Below, piece by piece: positions 39,075-48,670 of a stretch of 64,000 bases of DNA (position 1 is its first letter; each line of letters starts with the position of its first letter). A program made the translations under genes and the position numbers. The notes under the pieces were generated by a model. The model was not told the origin of the DNA. It ran no database searches and saw nothing but the letters and a program-made list of their open reading frames with translations. Source of the stretch: Clostridia bacterium. Lineage in GTDB: Bacteria; Bacillota; Clostridia; RUG12999. Where the stretch lies: NCBI GenBank assembly GCA_022801925.1, contig JAAWTG010000007.1, positions 211 to 64,210 on the forward strand, given 5' to 3'.

Positions 39075-39968
39075 ATGGAATTTCGTGTGATGAAATATTT
39101 TTTAACTGTGGCAAGAGAAGAAAATATTACGCGTGCCGCACAGTATTTGCATATTACCCAGCCGACATTATCCCGCCAATTGATGCAGCTTGAGGAAGAA
39201 TTGGGGGTCAAATTGTTTATCAGAAGCAATCATAGTATCACACTGACAAACGAGGGAATGCTTTTAAAACGCAGAGCGGAGGAAATGCTGGAGTTATATG
39301 GTAAAACAAAAGAGGAACTGTCCGGCAGCCGACAAAATTTGTCCGGCGAAATTGCTATCGGTTTTGGTGAGACACAAAATATCATTGAACTTTCCAAAAT
39401 CATGGTTGCTTTTCGTGAGAAATATCCCGATGTTACCTTTGATTTTCACACAGGGATTGCAAGTGACATCAAGGAACGCATAGAAAATGGATTGATTGAT
39501 ATTGGGTTGTTGATAGAACCGGTGGACATCAGCAAATATCATTTTATAAAAATGCCACGCAGGGAAAAATGGTGCGTACTCCTTAGAAAAGATTCGCCTT
39601 TGGCGCGAAAAGACCGTATCGCTGCCAAAGATTTGGTCGGGATTCCGCTGATTACGGCAAAACGCAAGTCGGTGCAAAATGAACTGGAAAATTGGTTTGG
39701 CGAATACTATAAAAAACTTACCATCATTGCGACAAACAATGTTTCCTACAGTAACCGTTCTATTATGGTTGCAAACCATATGGGGGCGGCGTTGGTGCTT
39801 GAATTTGACTGCACGAATGATGATGTGTGTTTAAGACCGCTGTATCCTGAAATTTTGAACGGCAGTTTTTTGGTATGGAAGAAAAATCAGCCCAATTCGG
39901 TATTGATTGGTACCTTTATTGATTTTACAAAGAAATGCGTTGCGGGCATGGTAAACGATTCAATATAA
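39075..39968 (+). CDS. LysR-family transcriptional regulator
   Basis: MEFRVMKYFLTVAREENITRAAQYLHITQPTLSRQLMQLEEELGVKLF is a LysR HTH, followed by a substrate-binding domain of the right length. Confidence 0.88.
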   Translation: MEFRVMKYFLTVAREENITRAAQYLHITQPTLSRQLMQLEEELGVKLFIRSNHSITLTNEGMLLKRRAEEMLELYGKTKEELSGSRQNLSGEIAIGFGETQNIIELSKIMVAFREKYPDVTFDFHTGIASDIKERIENGLIDIGLLIEPVDISKYHFIKMPRREKWCVLLRKDSPLARKDRIAAKDLVGIPLITAKRKSVQNELENWFGEYYKKLTIIATNNVSYSNRSIMVANHMGAALVLEFDCTNDDVCLRPLYPEILNGSFLVWKKNQPNSVLIGTFIDFTKKCVAGMVNDSI

Positions 39969-40059
39969 GTATTTTACATTTCTAAGTAGCGATGTTAAAA
40001 TATAGGCGTCAGGAAGAGACAGGCGCCTATATTTTTTTATGTTCGGAAAGGAGGAAGCC

Positions 40060-40422
40060 ATGACAATTGAGGAGGCAAGCGAAACATATTGTATTCCGAT
40101 AAAAATTTTAAAGGAATATGAACAAATGAATTTGTGCGGCGCAGTGAAAAAGGTGATGGGAAAATGGCAGTATGACGAGCAGGATTTAGAGCGTCTGAGC
40201 ATGATTATGACGCTGCACGATATCGGGTTTTCCGCGAAAGATATAGACGCGTATATGCAGCTTTTGCTCTCGGGAGAGAATGAAGCTATCTGCATAGAAA
40301 TGCTGAACCGAAAAAGGAAAAATACACTTGATAAAATTCATTTTCATGAAAAGCAATTGACCGCTTTGGACTATTTGCGGCATGAAATAAGACAAGAGAG
40401 GAAAGGGGAACCTATAAAATGA
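40060..40422 (+). CDS. MerR-family transcriptional regulator
   Basis: MTIEEASETYCIPIKILKEYEQ...LERLSMIMTLHDIGFSAKDI is the MerR HTH and coiled-coil pattern. GGAGGAAGCC precedes ATG 40060. Confidence 0.78.
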   Translation: MTIEEASETYCIPIKILKEYEQMNLCGAVKKVMGKWQYDEQDLERLSMIMTLHDIGFSAKDIDAYMQLLLSGENEAICIEMLNRKRKNTLDKIHFHEKQLTALDYLRHEIRQERKGEPIK

Positions 40423-41435
40423 TGAAAAAGACAATATCTATTTTATTATCGCTATTGATGTTATTCAGCCTTATGCTGACAGGCTGTGCAGCAGATGATT
40501 CGATGGAAACACAGGCGAATGACACGATGGAAATTTTATTGCAGATTGGCAATCCGAACATGATGGTAAACGGCGCAGTAAAACCGATTGACGCAGAAAG
40601 TACGGTACCGATTGTGGTAAATGGTAGAACGCTGCTTCCAATTCGTGCCGTGGTGGAGGAACTGGGCGGTACGGTGGCATGGGACGGCGATACGCAGACC
40701 GTGACGCTTCAATATGGCGAAGATGGAATAAAACTTGTGATTGACAGCCAGAGTGCATATGTCAACGGTTCGCCACAAACACTTGACGTTGCGCCGACCG
40801 TTATTCACGACCGCACCATGCTGCCTATCCGTTTTGTTGCGGAGCATTTTCACTTTGATGTTACATGGAATGAGGTGGAACAAATGGTAACAATTACGAA
40901 AACCGGTCAGACGCCGGAGCAACTGTCTCCACCGGACGCAGCGCCGGCAGAACAGCCGGAAACAAACGAATCAAAGAGTTTAGTGGTCTATTTTTCGGCG
41001 ACGGGAACAACCAAAGTACTTGCTGAAAAAATTGCGGGAGCAGCGGGCGCAGCCATCTATGAAATCGTTCCGAAAATACCATATACCAGTGAAGATTTGA
41101 ACTATAACAGCGATTGCCGTGCAAACCGCGAACAGCAGGACGATATGGCAAGACCGGAATTTGAACCGATTGCGGTAAACATGGAAGACTATGATACGAT
41201 ATATCTCGGTTATCCCATTTGGTGGGGTACCATGCCGAAAATTATAAACACATTTTTGGAAACCTACGATTTGTCCGGCAAAACAATCATGCCCTTCTGC
41301 ACCAGCGGCGGCAGCGGTATCAGCAGTTCAGTTGCTGCTATCGGAAGTATTTGTCCGAACGCGGAAGTGAAAGATGGAATGAGAGGGACGGCGTCAACGA
41401 CAAGCGCACAAATTGAGGAATGGATTGCAAAATAA
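40419..41435 (+). CDS. Lipoprotein with two copper-amine-oxidase-N-like (stalk) repeats fused to a Flavodoxin_4-type domain
   Basis: Lipobox LMLTGCA. 2x VNG...(T)(L/M)LPIR(A/F)V.E..G..V.W. The C-terminal LVVYFSATGTTKVLAEKIA...LGYPIWWGTMP...PFCTSGGSG is the flavodoxin-like signature. Confidence 0.72.
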   Translation: MMKKTISILLSLLMLFSLMLTGCAADDSMETQANDTMEILLQIGNPNMMVNGAVKPIDAESTVPIVVNGRTLLPIRAVVEELGGTVAWDGDTQTVTLQYGEDGIKLVIDSQSAYVNGSPQTLDVAPTVIHDRTMLPIRFVAEHFHFDVTWNEVEQMVTITKTGQTPEQLSPPDAAPAEQPETNESKSLVVYFSATGTTKVLAEKIAGAAGAAIYEIVPKIPYTSEDLNYNSDCRANREQQDDMARPEFEPIAVNMEDYDTIYLGYPIWWGTMPKIINTFLETYDLSGKTIMPFCTSGGSGISSSVAAIGSICPNAEVKDGMRGTASTTSAQIEEWIAK

Positions 41436-41457
41436 TCGGAGGGAGCGAAGGGGAAGA

Positions 41458-41781
41458 ATGGAAACAATAAAAGTAACGGCGGGACGCGATGCGCTTGGAA
41501 CATTTGCGCCGAAATTTGCGCAGTTGAATGATGATGTGCTGTTTGGCGAGGTGTGGTCAAGAACGGATAAACTGCCGCTGAAAATACGCAGCATTGTCAC
41601 AGTAACCGCGCTTATGTCAAGCGGCATTCTAGACAGTTCTTTGAAGTTTCATCTTGCGGAGGCGAAGAAAAACGGTGTTTCAAAAGAAGAAATTGCGGAA
41701 ATCGTTACCCATGCCGCATTCTATGCCGGCTGGCCCAAAGCATGGGCGGCGTTCAATATGGCAAAAGAAATTTGGGATTGA
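41458..41781 (+). CDS. Carboxymuconolactone decarboxylase (CMD/AhpD-like) family protein
   Basis: FAQLNDDVLFGEVWSRTDKLPLKIRSIVTVTALM...EIVTHAAFYAGWP is the CMD family pattern. ATG 41458 follows GGAGGGAGCGAAGGGGAAGA. Confidence 0.8.
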   Translation: METIKVTAGRDALGTFAPKFAQLNDDVLFGEVWSRTDKLPLKIRSIVTVTALMSSGILDSSLKFHLAEAKKNGVSKEEIAEIVTHAAFYAGWPKAWAAFNMAKEIWD

Positions 41782-41908
41782 TTGACCTATGAAAATAGGC
41801 AGATGGAAGCGGAGACAGAGCAGCAATAATACGAATGCTGCCGGAATGAAAATAAGTGTTCCGGTCACTTTGAAAACGATGAAATGTGGGTTCTGTCGTT
41901 ACAAACAC

Positions 41909-41944
41909 AAAGAGCGTATCGTTAGGGAAAACGATACGCTCTTT
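41909..41944. terminator. Hairpin terminator shared by the convergent CMD and rpmB genes
   Basis: 15-bp stem aaagagcgtatcgtt / aacgatacgctcttt with a 6-nt loop. The U-tract is modest on both strands. Confidence 0.65.
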
Positions 41945-41985
41945 AGCATGTCATGTGATAGCCATTTAGAATAGCTTGTCTCATT

Positions 41986-42174
41986 TTATACAGCACGCTG
42001 TACTTTACCGGAACGCAGGCAACGGGTGCAAACCTTCACGCGTTTGGGCGTTCCGTTCACAATTGCGCGTACGCTTCTAATGTTCGGTTTCCAAGTCCGA
42101 TTGGAACGTCTGTGCGAGTGGCTGACTTTAATACCAAAGGACACGCCTTTTCCACAAATTTCACATTTTGCCAT
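41986..42174 (-). CDS. rpmB: 50S ribosomal protein L28
   Basis: MAKCEICGKGVSFGIKVSHSHRRSNRTWKPNIRSVRAIVNGTPKRVKVCTRCLRSGKV. The start is at ATG 42174 with a TAGGAGGTG SD. Confidence 0.95.
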   Translation of the reverse strand: MAKCEICGKGVSFGIKVSHSHRRSNRTWKPNIRSVRAIVNGTPKRVKVCTRCLRSGKVQRAV

Positions 42175-42263
42175 TCCTAAAACACCTCCTATAATGAAAC
42201 AGTCCTGTAAATCTTCCTCAATTTTCTGTTCAACTTTTGTGCCGATTGGCACACACTATTTAT

Positions 42264-42292
42264 ATCTTAACAGAAATAGAGCAAAATTGCAA
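42264..42292 (-). promoter_or_regulatory. Sigma-A promoter candidate for rpmB
   Basis: Minus strand: TTGCAA (42292..42287), a 17-nt spacer, then TAAGAT (42269..42264). Confidence 0.55.
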
Positions 42293-42346
42293 GTCTTTTT
42301 TTCAAATTTATTCAAATTTCCCAGCAATCGGATAAGAATTTTGCCG

Positions 42347-43792
42347 TTATATAGAATGTTTGGATAATAATTCCTGTTTCATATTCCAAAGCGGACGGGA
42401 CAAATCCACATAATACCGGTGCGGATTTTCCAACCGCGTCACTTCATCCCAGAGTGTATCCACCTGCGCCGCACAATAAGACTGTACCTCCTGAATGGAG
42501 GGCGGCGTATAGACCGGATGGCCGTTTTCAAACAATTTTGTCAGCAAGGGTCGGGCGGTGAAATCCGTTATGGTTTTGCGTTTCCAGGTATGTTCCGGGT
42601 CAAAAATTTCATATGGTTTACCAGAGTCAATCACTTCATCATGTAGCGTGATAACGTCTGCAATGGCTTTGCCGCTTTCTTTCTCATAGAGGCGGTAGAG
42701 TTGTTTGAAGCCGGGATTGGTAATTTTCGCAACATTTTCGCTGAGTTTGATTTTCGGTGTGATGGTGCCGTCCGGTTCTTCTGTTGCGGTGAGTTTGTAA
42801 ACGCCGCCGAGCACCGGTTCGCTTTTGGAGGTAATCAGCCGTTCGCCCACGCCGAAAGAGTCCAGTTTCGCACCTTGTGTCAGCATGTCGCGAATAATAT
42901 ATTCATCAAGGGAATTGGAAGCAACAATCTTACAATCGGGATAACCGGCTTCGTCTAGCATTTTCCGGCATTTGCGGGAGAGATAGGTCAAATCGCCGCT
43001 GTCAATACGCACGCCCAGCGGACGGATACCAATGGGTTTTAAAATTTCATCAAAAGTGCGGATGGCATTGGGTATACCGCTTTTGAGCACATTGTAGGTA
43101 TCCACCAGCAACACGCAATTGGTGGGATATTTTTGTGCGTAAGCGCGGAACGCTTCGAGTTCGCTGGGGAACATCTGCACCCAACTATGCGCCATGGTAC
43201 CTGCTGCCGGAATGCCGCAGTCCTTGTCGGTAATCGTGCAGGAGGTGGAAGTACAACCTGCAATATAGGCGGCGCGGGAACCATACATTGCCGCACTGTA
43301 GCCCTGTGCCCGCCGTGCGCCAAATTCCATGACGGGACGCCCATCCGCTGCGCGGACAATGCGGTTTGCTTTGGTTGCGATAAGGCTTTGATGATTCACT
43401 GTGAGCAGAATCATGGTCTCCAAAAGCTGCGCCTGTACAATGGGACCGCGCACAATGACGAGCGGCTCGCCCGGAAATACCGGCGTACCCTCCGGTACAG
43501 CCCAGACGTCGCAAGTGAATTTAAAATTTTTCAGATAGTCCAAAAATAATTCGCTGAACATCTGTTTGCTACGGAAATAAGCAATGTCATCTTCCGAAAA
43601 AGAGAAATTGTTTAAATATTCCATGAGCGGTTCCGTACCTGCCATAATTGCATATCCGCCATTATCGGGAATCGCGCGGAAATAGGTGTCGAAATAGGCA
43701 ATGCGGTCCTCCAGCCCGCTGGAGAAAAAGCCGTCCGCCATGGTGAATTCATAAAAATCTGCCAGCATGGACAAGTCAACGTGTTCAAACAT
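42347..43792 (-). CDS. pncB: Nicotinate phosphoribosyltransferase
   Basis: LSMLADFYEFTMA..., GTMAHSWVQ, and the RIDSGD region. The start is set at ATG 43792 (AAAGGAGG SD), not ORF-track 43912. Confidence 0.9.
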   Translation of the reverse strand: MFEHVDLSMLADFYEFTMADGFFSSGLEDRIAYFDTYFRAIPDNGGYAIMAGTEPLMEYLNNFSFSEDDIAYFRSKQMFSELFLDYLKNFKFTCDVWAVPEGTPVFPGEPLVIVRGPIVQAQLLETMILLTVNHQSLIATKANRIVRAADGRPVMEFGARRAQGYSAAMYGSRAAYIAGCTSTSCTITDKDCGIPAAGTMAHSWVQMFPSELEAFRAYAQKYPTNCVLLVDTYNVLKSGIPNAIRTFDEILKPIGIRPLGVRIDSGDLTYLSRKCRKMLDEAGYPDCKIVASNSLDEYIIRDMLTQGAKLDSFGVGERLITSKSEPVLGGVYKLTATEEPDGTITPKIKLSENVAKITNPGFKQLYRLYEKESGKAIADVITLHDEVIDSGKPYEIFDPEHTWKRKTITDFTARPLLTKLFENGHPVYTPPSIQEVQSYCAAQVDTLWDEVTRLENPHRYYVDLSRPLWNMKQELLSKHSI

Positions 43793-43850
43793 ATGGTGTG
43801 CCTCCTTTTGTGTAAACGAAACCCCCAGAACGACTCCGGGGGGCGGAATG

Positions 43851-44141
43851 TTAATCGGCAATTTCACCCAGCGCATCCAGCAGCCAGAATTCAGCAATAT
43901 CCATTGCTGCAAAAAGTCCTTCGCGTTGCGCCGTTTTCACCACATGATCCTTGCCGGAACGGTTGTTGTTAATGAGTTGAATCATAATATTTCCGGAAAT
44001 TTCAATGCCGTTTCCGGGCGTGGTGTCCTGAATCAAAAGTTCAATCATAAAATCGTCTGTAGGGTCACCGTAAAAAATATTGTTGCCGCGACGAATAAAT
44101 GGTTTGCCTTTATATTCTAAATATTTCTTTTTCTCTGCCAT
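43851..44141 (-). CDS. Hypothetical small protein, co-directional with and upstream of pncB
   Basis: 96-aa ORF with AAAGGAGGCAGGAAA before ATG 44141. I recognise no family. Confidence 0.5.
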   Translation of the reverse strand: MAEKKKYLEYKGKPFIRRGNNIFYGDPTDDFMIELLIQDTTPGNGIEISGNIMIQLINNNRSGKDHVVKTAQREGLFAAMDIAEFWLLDALGEIAD

Positions 44142-44387
44142 TTTCCTGCCTCCTTTAAAACATCATACTATTAAAAGTATACCACATTTAGCAAATTTAG
44201 TAAAGCATTTTCGGGAAAAAAATGTGACGGCAGAAAAAAGTTGAAGAAAATTTGAGAAAAAAGTAAAAAAAATCTTGCAAAATGTGTGAAAAAAGTTTAT
44301 TATATATAATAGATGAATATTAGGTATTTGTAAATTCAGGAGATGAGCCCTTTTGATATTTGCAAACAAATGAGGAGGCGGTCTATT

Positions 44388-45473
44388 TTGAGCAGCAGAA
44401 TGTTTCAGAATGTGATCAATCAGATTAAGGAACTTTATGGCAGAAAATTAGGCGTTATCGACAGCGCCGGATCTGTGACGGCATGTACGCCGGGCATACT
44501 GGATCCTGCCACGGTAGAAACGATTTTGAAAAAATATGCGGATCCGGCGGCGTTGTATTCTTACAACGGATTTACCTATAAGCCGATAGGTACCCGCAAT
44601 AAAATTGACTTCATCACATTTTGTGAAGGCGGCGATGAAACGGCAAGAATGTGCTGCAGTGTTTTGTCCATCACGCTGTCCAACATCAAAGTGTTCCACG
44701 ATGAAAAATATGACAAAACAAATCTGGTGAAAAATATCCTGATGGATAATATTCTGCCGGGCGATATTTTGATTAAAGCAAAAGAACTTGCCCTGCCGAT
44801 TGATATTCACCGTGTTGTCTTTTTGATTCAAAATCCCAGCGGAACGAATTTTTCTATCTATGACATTATGCAAAATCTGTTCCCTGAAAAAGGCAGAAAC
44901 TTTATTATCAATATTGATGAACGCTACATTGCGCTGGTAAAAGAAGTGCCGGAAAATGTAGATATTCAGGAACTGGAAAAGACAGCGCAGGCGATTGTGG
45001 ATACCATTTGTGCAGAGACTGTTATCAGGGTCTATATTGGTATCAGCTCTGTCTGCACCAATATTCGCGAATTGGCAAAAGCCTATAAAGAATCGCAGAT
45101 TGCATTGGATGTCGGAAAAGTTTTTGATATGGAAAAACAAATCATGAACTATGAAAGCCTCGGTATCGGACGGTTGATTTATCAACTTCCGACCACCCTT
45201 TGCGAACTGTTTTTGTCAGAAGTATTTAAAAAAGAATCCATTGATGCTTTGGATTCCGAAACGGTTTTGACAATTCAGAAGTTTTTCAAACACAATCTGA
45301 ACGTGTCGGAAACGGCGCGAGAGCTGTTTGTGCATAGAAATACATTGGTTTACCGTCTGGATAAAATCGAAAAAATCACTGGGCTTGACCTGCGTCAGTT
45401 TGACCAGGCAGTGACATTTAAGGTTGCGATGATGGTAAACAAATATTTGTCTTCCGGTGCAGTGAAGTTTTAA
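44388..45473 (+). CDS. PucR/CdaR-like transcriptional regulator
   Basis: The C-terminal ETARELFVHRNTLVYRLDKIEKITGLDL is a PucR-type HTH. TTG 44388 lies 9 nt after GAGGAGG. ATG 44343 or 44400 are alternative starts. Confidence 0.72.
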   Translation: MSSRMFQNVINQIKELYGRKLGVIDSAGSVTACTPGILDPATVETILKKYADPAALYSYNGFTYKPIGTRNKIDFITFCEGGDETARMCCSVLSITLSNIKVFHDEKYDKTNLVKNILMDNILPGDILIKAKELALPIDIHRVVFLIQNPSGTNFSIYDIMQNLFPEKGRNFIINIDERYIALVKEVPENVDIQELEKTAQAIVDTICAETVIRVYIGISSVCTNIRELAKAYKESQIALDVGKVFDMEKQIMNYESLGIGRLIYQLPTTLCELFLSEVFKKESIDALDSETVLTIQKFFKHNLNVSETARELFVHRNTLVYRLDKIEKITGLDLRQFDQAVTFKVAMMVNKYLSSGAVKF

Positions 45474-45581
45474 GCAAAGAAGCGCCGAACCCCATGTGCT
45501 GTGCGCGGTTCGACTTTCTTATGCCTAACCTAAAATACGGCTGGAGTGTGAATAGAGACAAGCTGTACAGGAGGAGAGCCA

Positions 45582-46379
45582 ATGATATTGTTTGAACACG
45601 TGACGAAGACCTATAATAATAACGTGAAAGCGCTTGATGATGTGAGTTTTCATATTCGCAAAGGCGATTTTGTGTTTGTTGTAGGTCATAGCGGCGCGGG
45701 GAAATCTACGCTGACCAAGCTGATTTTGCATGAGGAACAGCCCGATACGGGTTACATACGTGTAGGCGATTTTGATGTGACAAAACTCAGCAGGAAAATG
45801 GTGCCATATCTCCGGCGCAGTATTGGTATGGTGTTTCAGGATTTCCGTCTGCTGCCGAACAAGACGGTTTATGAAAATATTGCATTCGCTATGGAGGTTA
45901 TCGGTGCAACGCAGCGGCAGATTCGCCGGCGGATTCCCGATGTGCTAAGTATGGTGGGATTGACCATGAAAGCAAAATGCTATCCCAACGAACTTTCCGG
46001 CGGGGAACAACAGCGGGTGGGAATTGCGCGTGCACTGGCAAACAATCCGCAATTGATTGTGGCGGACGAGCCGACAGGAAATCTGGATGATGAAACTGCA
46101 TGGGAAATTATGGCAATTCTCGACCGCATTAATAAATATGGAACGACGATTATCATGGTAACACATTCTCAAAAAATTGTGGATGAAATGCAAAAGCGTG
46201 TGATCGCGATTGACCGCGGAAAAATTGTGAAAGATGAACAGGGCGGTTATACATATGAAAACCAAGTATCGGAGGATACGGTTTTTGATTTTACCTATAC
46301 CAGCCAAAAACAGGGATATGGGGATATTTTGAAGGAATTGGAAGCACTCAATATCAATATTCACCATAGTGATGAATAG
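45582..46379 (+). CDS. ftsE: Cell-division ABC transporter ATP-binding protein FtsE, with a ~40-aa C-terminal tail
   Basis: [33 protein letters not shown], followed directly by ftsX. Confidence 0.9.
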   Translation: MILFEHVTKTYNNNVKALDDVSFHIRKGDFVFVVGHSGAGKSTLTKLILHEEQPDTGYIRVGDFDVTKLSRKMVPYLRRSIGMVFQDFRLLPNKTVYENIAFAMEVIGATQRQIRRRIPDVLSMVGLTMKAKCYPNELSGGEQQRVGIARALANNPQLIVADEPTGNLDDETAWEIMAILDRINKYGTTIIMVTHSQKIVDEMQKRVIAIDRGKIVKDEQGGYTYENQVSEDTVFDFTYTSQKQGYGDILKELEALNINIHHSDE

Positions 46380-46394
46380 GACAAGGAGGAGCAC

Positions 46395-47285
46395 ATGCCA
46401 CTGAGAAATATGAAATATTATGCAGGGCAATCTCTGTATAGTGTTTGGCGAAATAAACTGATGAGCCTGATTTCCATGTCTACGGTTTGTTTTTGTTTGA
46501 TTCTGCTCGGCGTGGCGATATTGATTGGAGATAATTTGCAGTATATATCGCAACAATTACAGGCGCAGTTTGAAATTCAGGCGTTTATGGACAGCGGCGC
46601 ATCGCAGGCGCAAGTGAGTGAAATGGAAAAACAAATCAAGGCGCTTACCGGTGTTGCGGACGTTGTGGTCGAGACGCCGGAAGAGGGCATTGAATGGTTT
46701 AAACAGGAAGTGGAGAACGGCGCAGAAGCATTTGAAGGATTGGAGGGCGAGAACAATCCGCTGCCATATTGCTTTAAAGTGACGCTTTCCGATGCAACTC
46801 AGGCGGAAAATATTGAGAAAGCCATTCAATCTATGAATCAAATCCTACAGGTAAACAACCGGCGGGATGTTCTAAATTCTATTGTACATTTCACAAAAGG
46901 AATCCGTTGGGTTAGCTTGGCAGGAATGCTGATTTTTGCGCTCATTGCAGTGTTTATTATCTCGAATACCATTAAATTGGCAGTGATGGCGCGCAGTCGG
47001 GAAATCAGTATTATGAAATCAGTTGGGGCGACCGATTGGTTTATCCGCTGGCCCTTTATTATTGAAGGTGCAATTGTGGGTTTGATTGGCGCTGTGATTG
47101 CATTTTTTCCGGTGTTTTTCGGATATCGGGGCATTGCACACTGGTGGAGCGGATTGCTGGATATTGTGAAACTGGTAGATGCGAACGCGATATTAGCTTA
47201 TTTGATTTTGGCATTCTGTCTGATTGGAATTGGAATTGGTTCCATTGGCAGTATTATGGCGGTGCGAAAACATTTAAGGGTGTAA
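46395..47285 (+). CDS. ftsX: Cell-division permease-like protein FtsX
   Basis: TM1, a large extracellular loop, three C-terminal TMs, and the conserved EISIMKSVGAT motif. Confidence 0.9.
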   Translation: MPLRNMKYYAGQSLYSVWRNKLMSLISMSTVCFCLILLGVAILIGDNLQYISQQLQAQFEIQAFMDSGASQAQVSEMEKQIKALTGVADVVVETPEEGIEWFKQEVENGAEAFEGLEGENNPLPYCFKVTLSDATQAENIEKAIQSMNQILQVNNRRDVLNSIVHFTKGIRWVSLAGMLIFALIAVFIISNTIKLAVMARSREISIMKSVGATDWFIRWPFIIEGAIVGLIGAVIAFFPVFFGYRGIAHWWSGLLDIVKLVDANAILAYLILAFCLIGIGIGSIGSIMAVRKHLRV

Positions 47286-47297
47286 GAGGTGAAAAAG

Positions 47298-48479
47298 ATG
47301 GCGAAAACATGGAAGCGTTTGTTAGCAGTGATATTAGCAGGGGCTTTTTTGGTCTCCCTGCCGGTATATGCTGCAAAGACAGATGAAATCAAAAATAAAA
47401 TCGAGCAGAGCAAAAAACAGCAGAGTCAGAAAGAAAAAGAAATTAAAAATATTGAAAGCCAGCAGCAAGATGTGATGGAAGAAAAGCAAGCGCTGGATAA
47501 TCAGATTAACGAGATTCAAAAGACGATTGATGAAATTGAAAGTGTAATTGATGAAAGCGACCAACAGATTGCAGCTAAAAATGAAGAATTGGAGGCGGCG
47601 GAAGAACGTTTGGCAGCAGTGGACGACCAACTGAAACAGCGAGTCAAATCCATGTATATGAATGGCAACACCTCCTATTTAGAAATTTTGTTTGGCGCGG
47701 AAAGTTTTTCCGATTTGCTGACGCGTGTGAATATGTTGAAATATATTGTGGATAATGATAATAAGATTATTGCCGAAGTGGTAGCGGATAAAAACACCAT
47801 TGAACAGGCAAAACTGGTGATTGAAGAACAGAAAAATGAACAGGAAGCAGCAAAAGGGCTGCAAGTCAGTGAAAAGCAGCGAATGGAAGCAAGCGTTGCG
47901 CGTCAGCAGGAAATTATGCGGTCGCTTGAAAACGACAAAGACAAACTGCGGGCGGAGCAAGAAAACTTAAAAGCTTCGGAAGATGAATTGATGCGGGAAA
48001 TGGCTCGTATTGAAGCGGAAGAACGGGAGCGGGAACGTCAGGCGGCACAGAGCGGTGGTAGTGTGACGGTCACACGAGGTTCCGGCGTGATGGGCTGGCC
48101 GCTTGCAGTAAGCGGCAGAATTACTTCGCGTTTTGGATATCGAAGTGAAACAGCAATTAATAATCATACCGGTGTGGATATTGCGGCGTCGACAGGAACA
48201 GCGATTTTAGCGGCAGACAGCGGTACGGTATCGTTAGTAAAATATGATGCAAGGGGCTATGGAAATTATGTGCTGATTAGCCATGGAGGCGGATTGTTTA
48301 CACTCTATGGACATTGCAGTGCAACTTATGTCTCGCCGGGACAAAGTGTTTCCAAAGGACAGAAAATTGCCGCAGTGGGCAGTACCGGATATTCAACCGG
48401 ACCGCATTTGCATTTTGAAGTGCGTGTCGGCGGAGGCATTAACGGAAAACGTGTTGACCCGCTGCCATATATCAGCTAA
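47298..48479 (+). CDS. Coiled-coil M23 peptidase (EnvC/PcsB-like FtsEX partner)
   Basis: Signal peptide, a ~230-aa coiled coil, and a C-terminal M23 domain (HTGVDIAA...GNYVLISHGGGLFTLYGH...GPHLHFEV). AAGAGGTG precedes ATG 47298. Confidence 0.85.
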   Translation: MAKTWKRLLAVILAGAFLVSLPVYAAKTDEIKNKIEQSKKQQSQKEKEIKNIESQQQDVMEEKQALDNQINEIQKTIDEIESVIDESDQQIAAKNEELEAAEERLAAVDDQLKQRVKSMYMNGNTSYLEILFGAESFSDLLTRVNMLKYIVDNDNKIIAEVVADKNTIEQAKLVIEEQKNEQEAAKGLQVSEKQRMEASVARQQEIMRSLENDKDKLRAEQENLKASEDELMREMARIEAEERERERQAAQSGGSVTVTRGSGVMGWPLAVSGRITSRFGYRSETAINNHTGVDIAASTGTAILAADSGTVSLVKYDARGYGNYVLISHGGGLFTLYGHCSATYVSPGQSVSKGQKIAAVGSTGYSTGPHLHFEVRVGGGINGKRVDPLPYIS

Positions 48480-48670
48480 AGTTTGCACAGTAGTATAGGC
48501 TGCTACTTGTAGGAAAGTTTTCATATATAGATTTATGAGAACAAGCAGGAGCCTTTTTCATTGGTGAAGTTGTTGAGGCGTTACTATTCTCCTGTTTGCT
48601 GTGGTGTTGGTTTAGGCATAGAAGGGGAGAACACTTTTGCGCCATGCGGGAGAGAAAGGAAAGGTACTAA

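Noticed and set aside
41789-41974. 61-aa plus-strand ORF between the CMD gene and rpmB
   Set aside because: It has no SD, spans the shared hairpin terminator (41909-41944), and has a Lys/Arg/Cys-rich composition with no family resemblance.
43793-43912. N-terminal extensions proposed by the ORF track: pncB to 43912, WYL regulator to 60687, ABC-F to 24290, rpmB to 42252, gpr from 52371, HAD to 61261, APH from 50534, and CMD from 41413
   Set aside because: Internal ATGs preceded by strong SD sequences coincide with the conserved family N-termini (MFEHVDLS, MQISRLFEIV, MTMVLNANHL, MAKCEICGK, MRTIRTDLAIEA, MKLILFDLDGT). The extensions would overlap neighbouring genes or promoters.
48480-48670. 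Possible riboswitch (for example guanidine/ykkC-type) upstream of the COG2426 small export protein gene
   Set aside because: Only an imperfect hairpin (aacaagcaggag … ctcctgtttgct) is present, with no recognisable conserved aptamer sequence.
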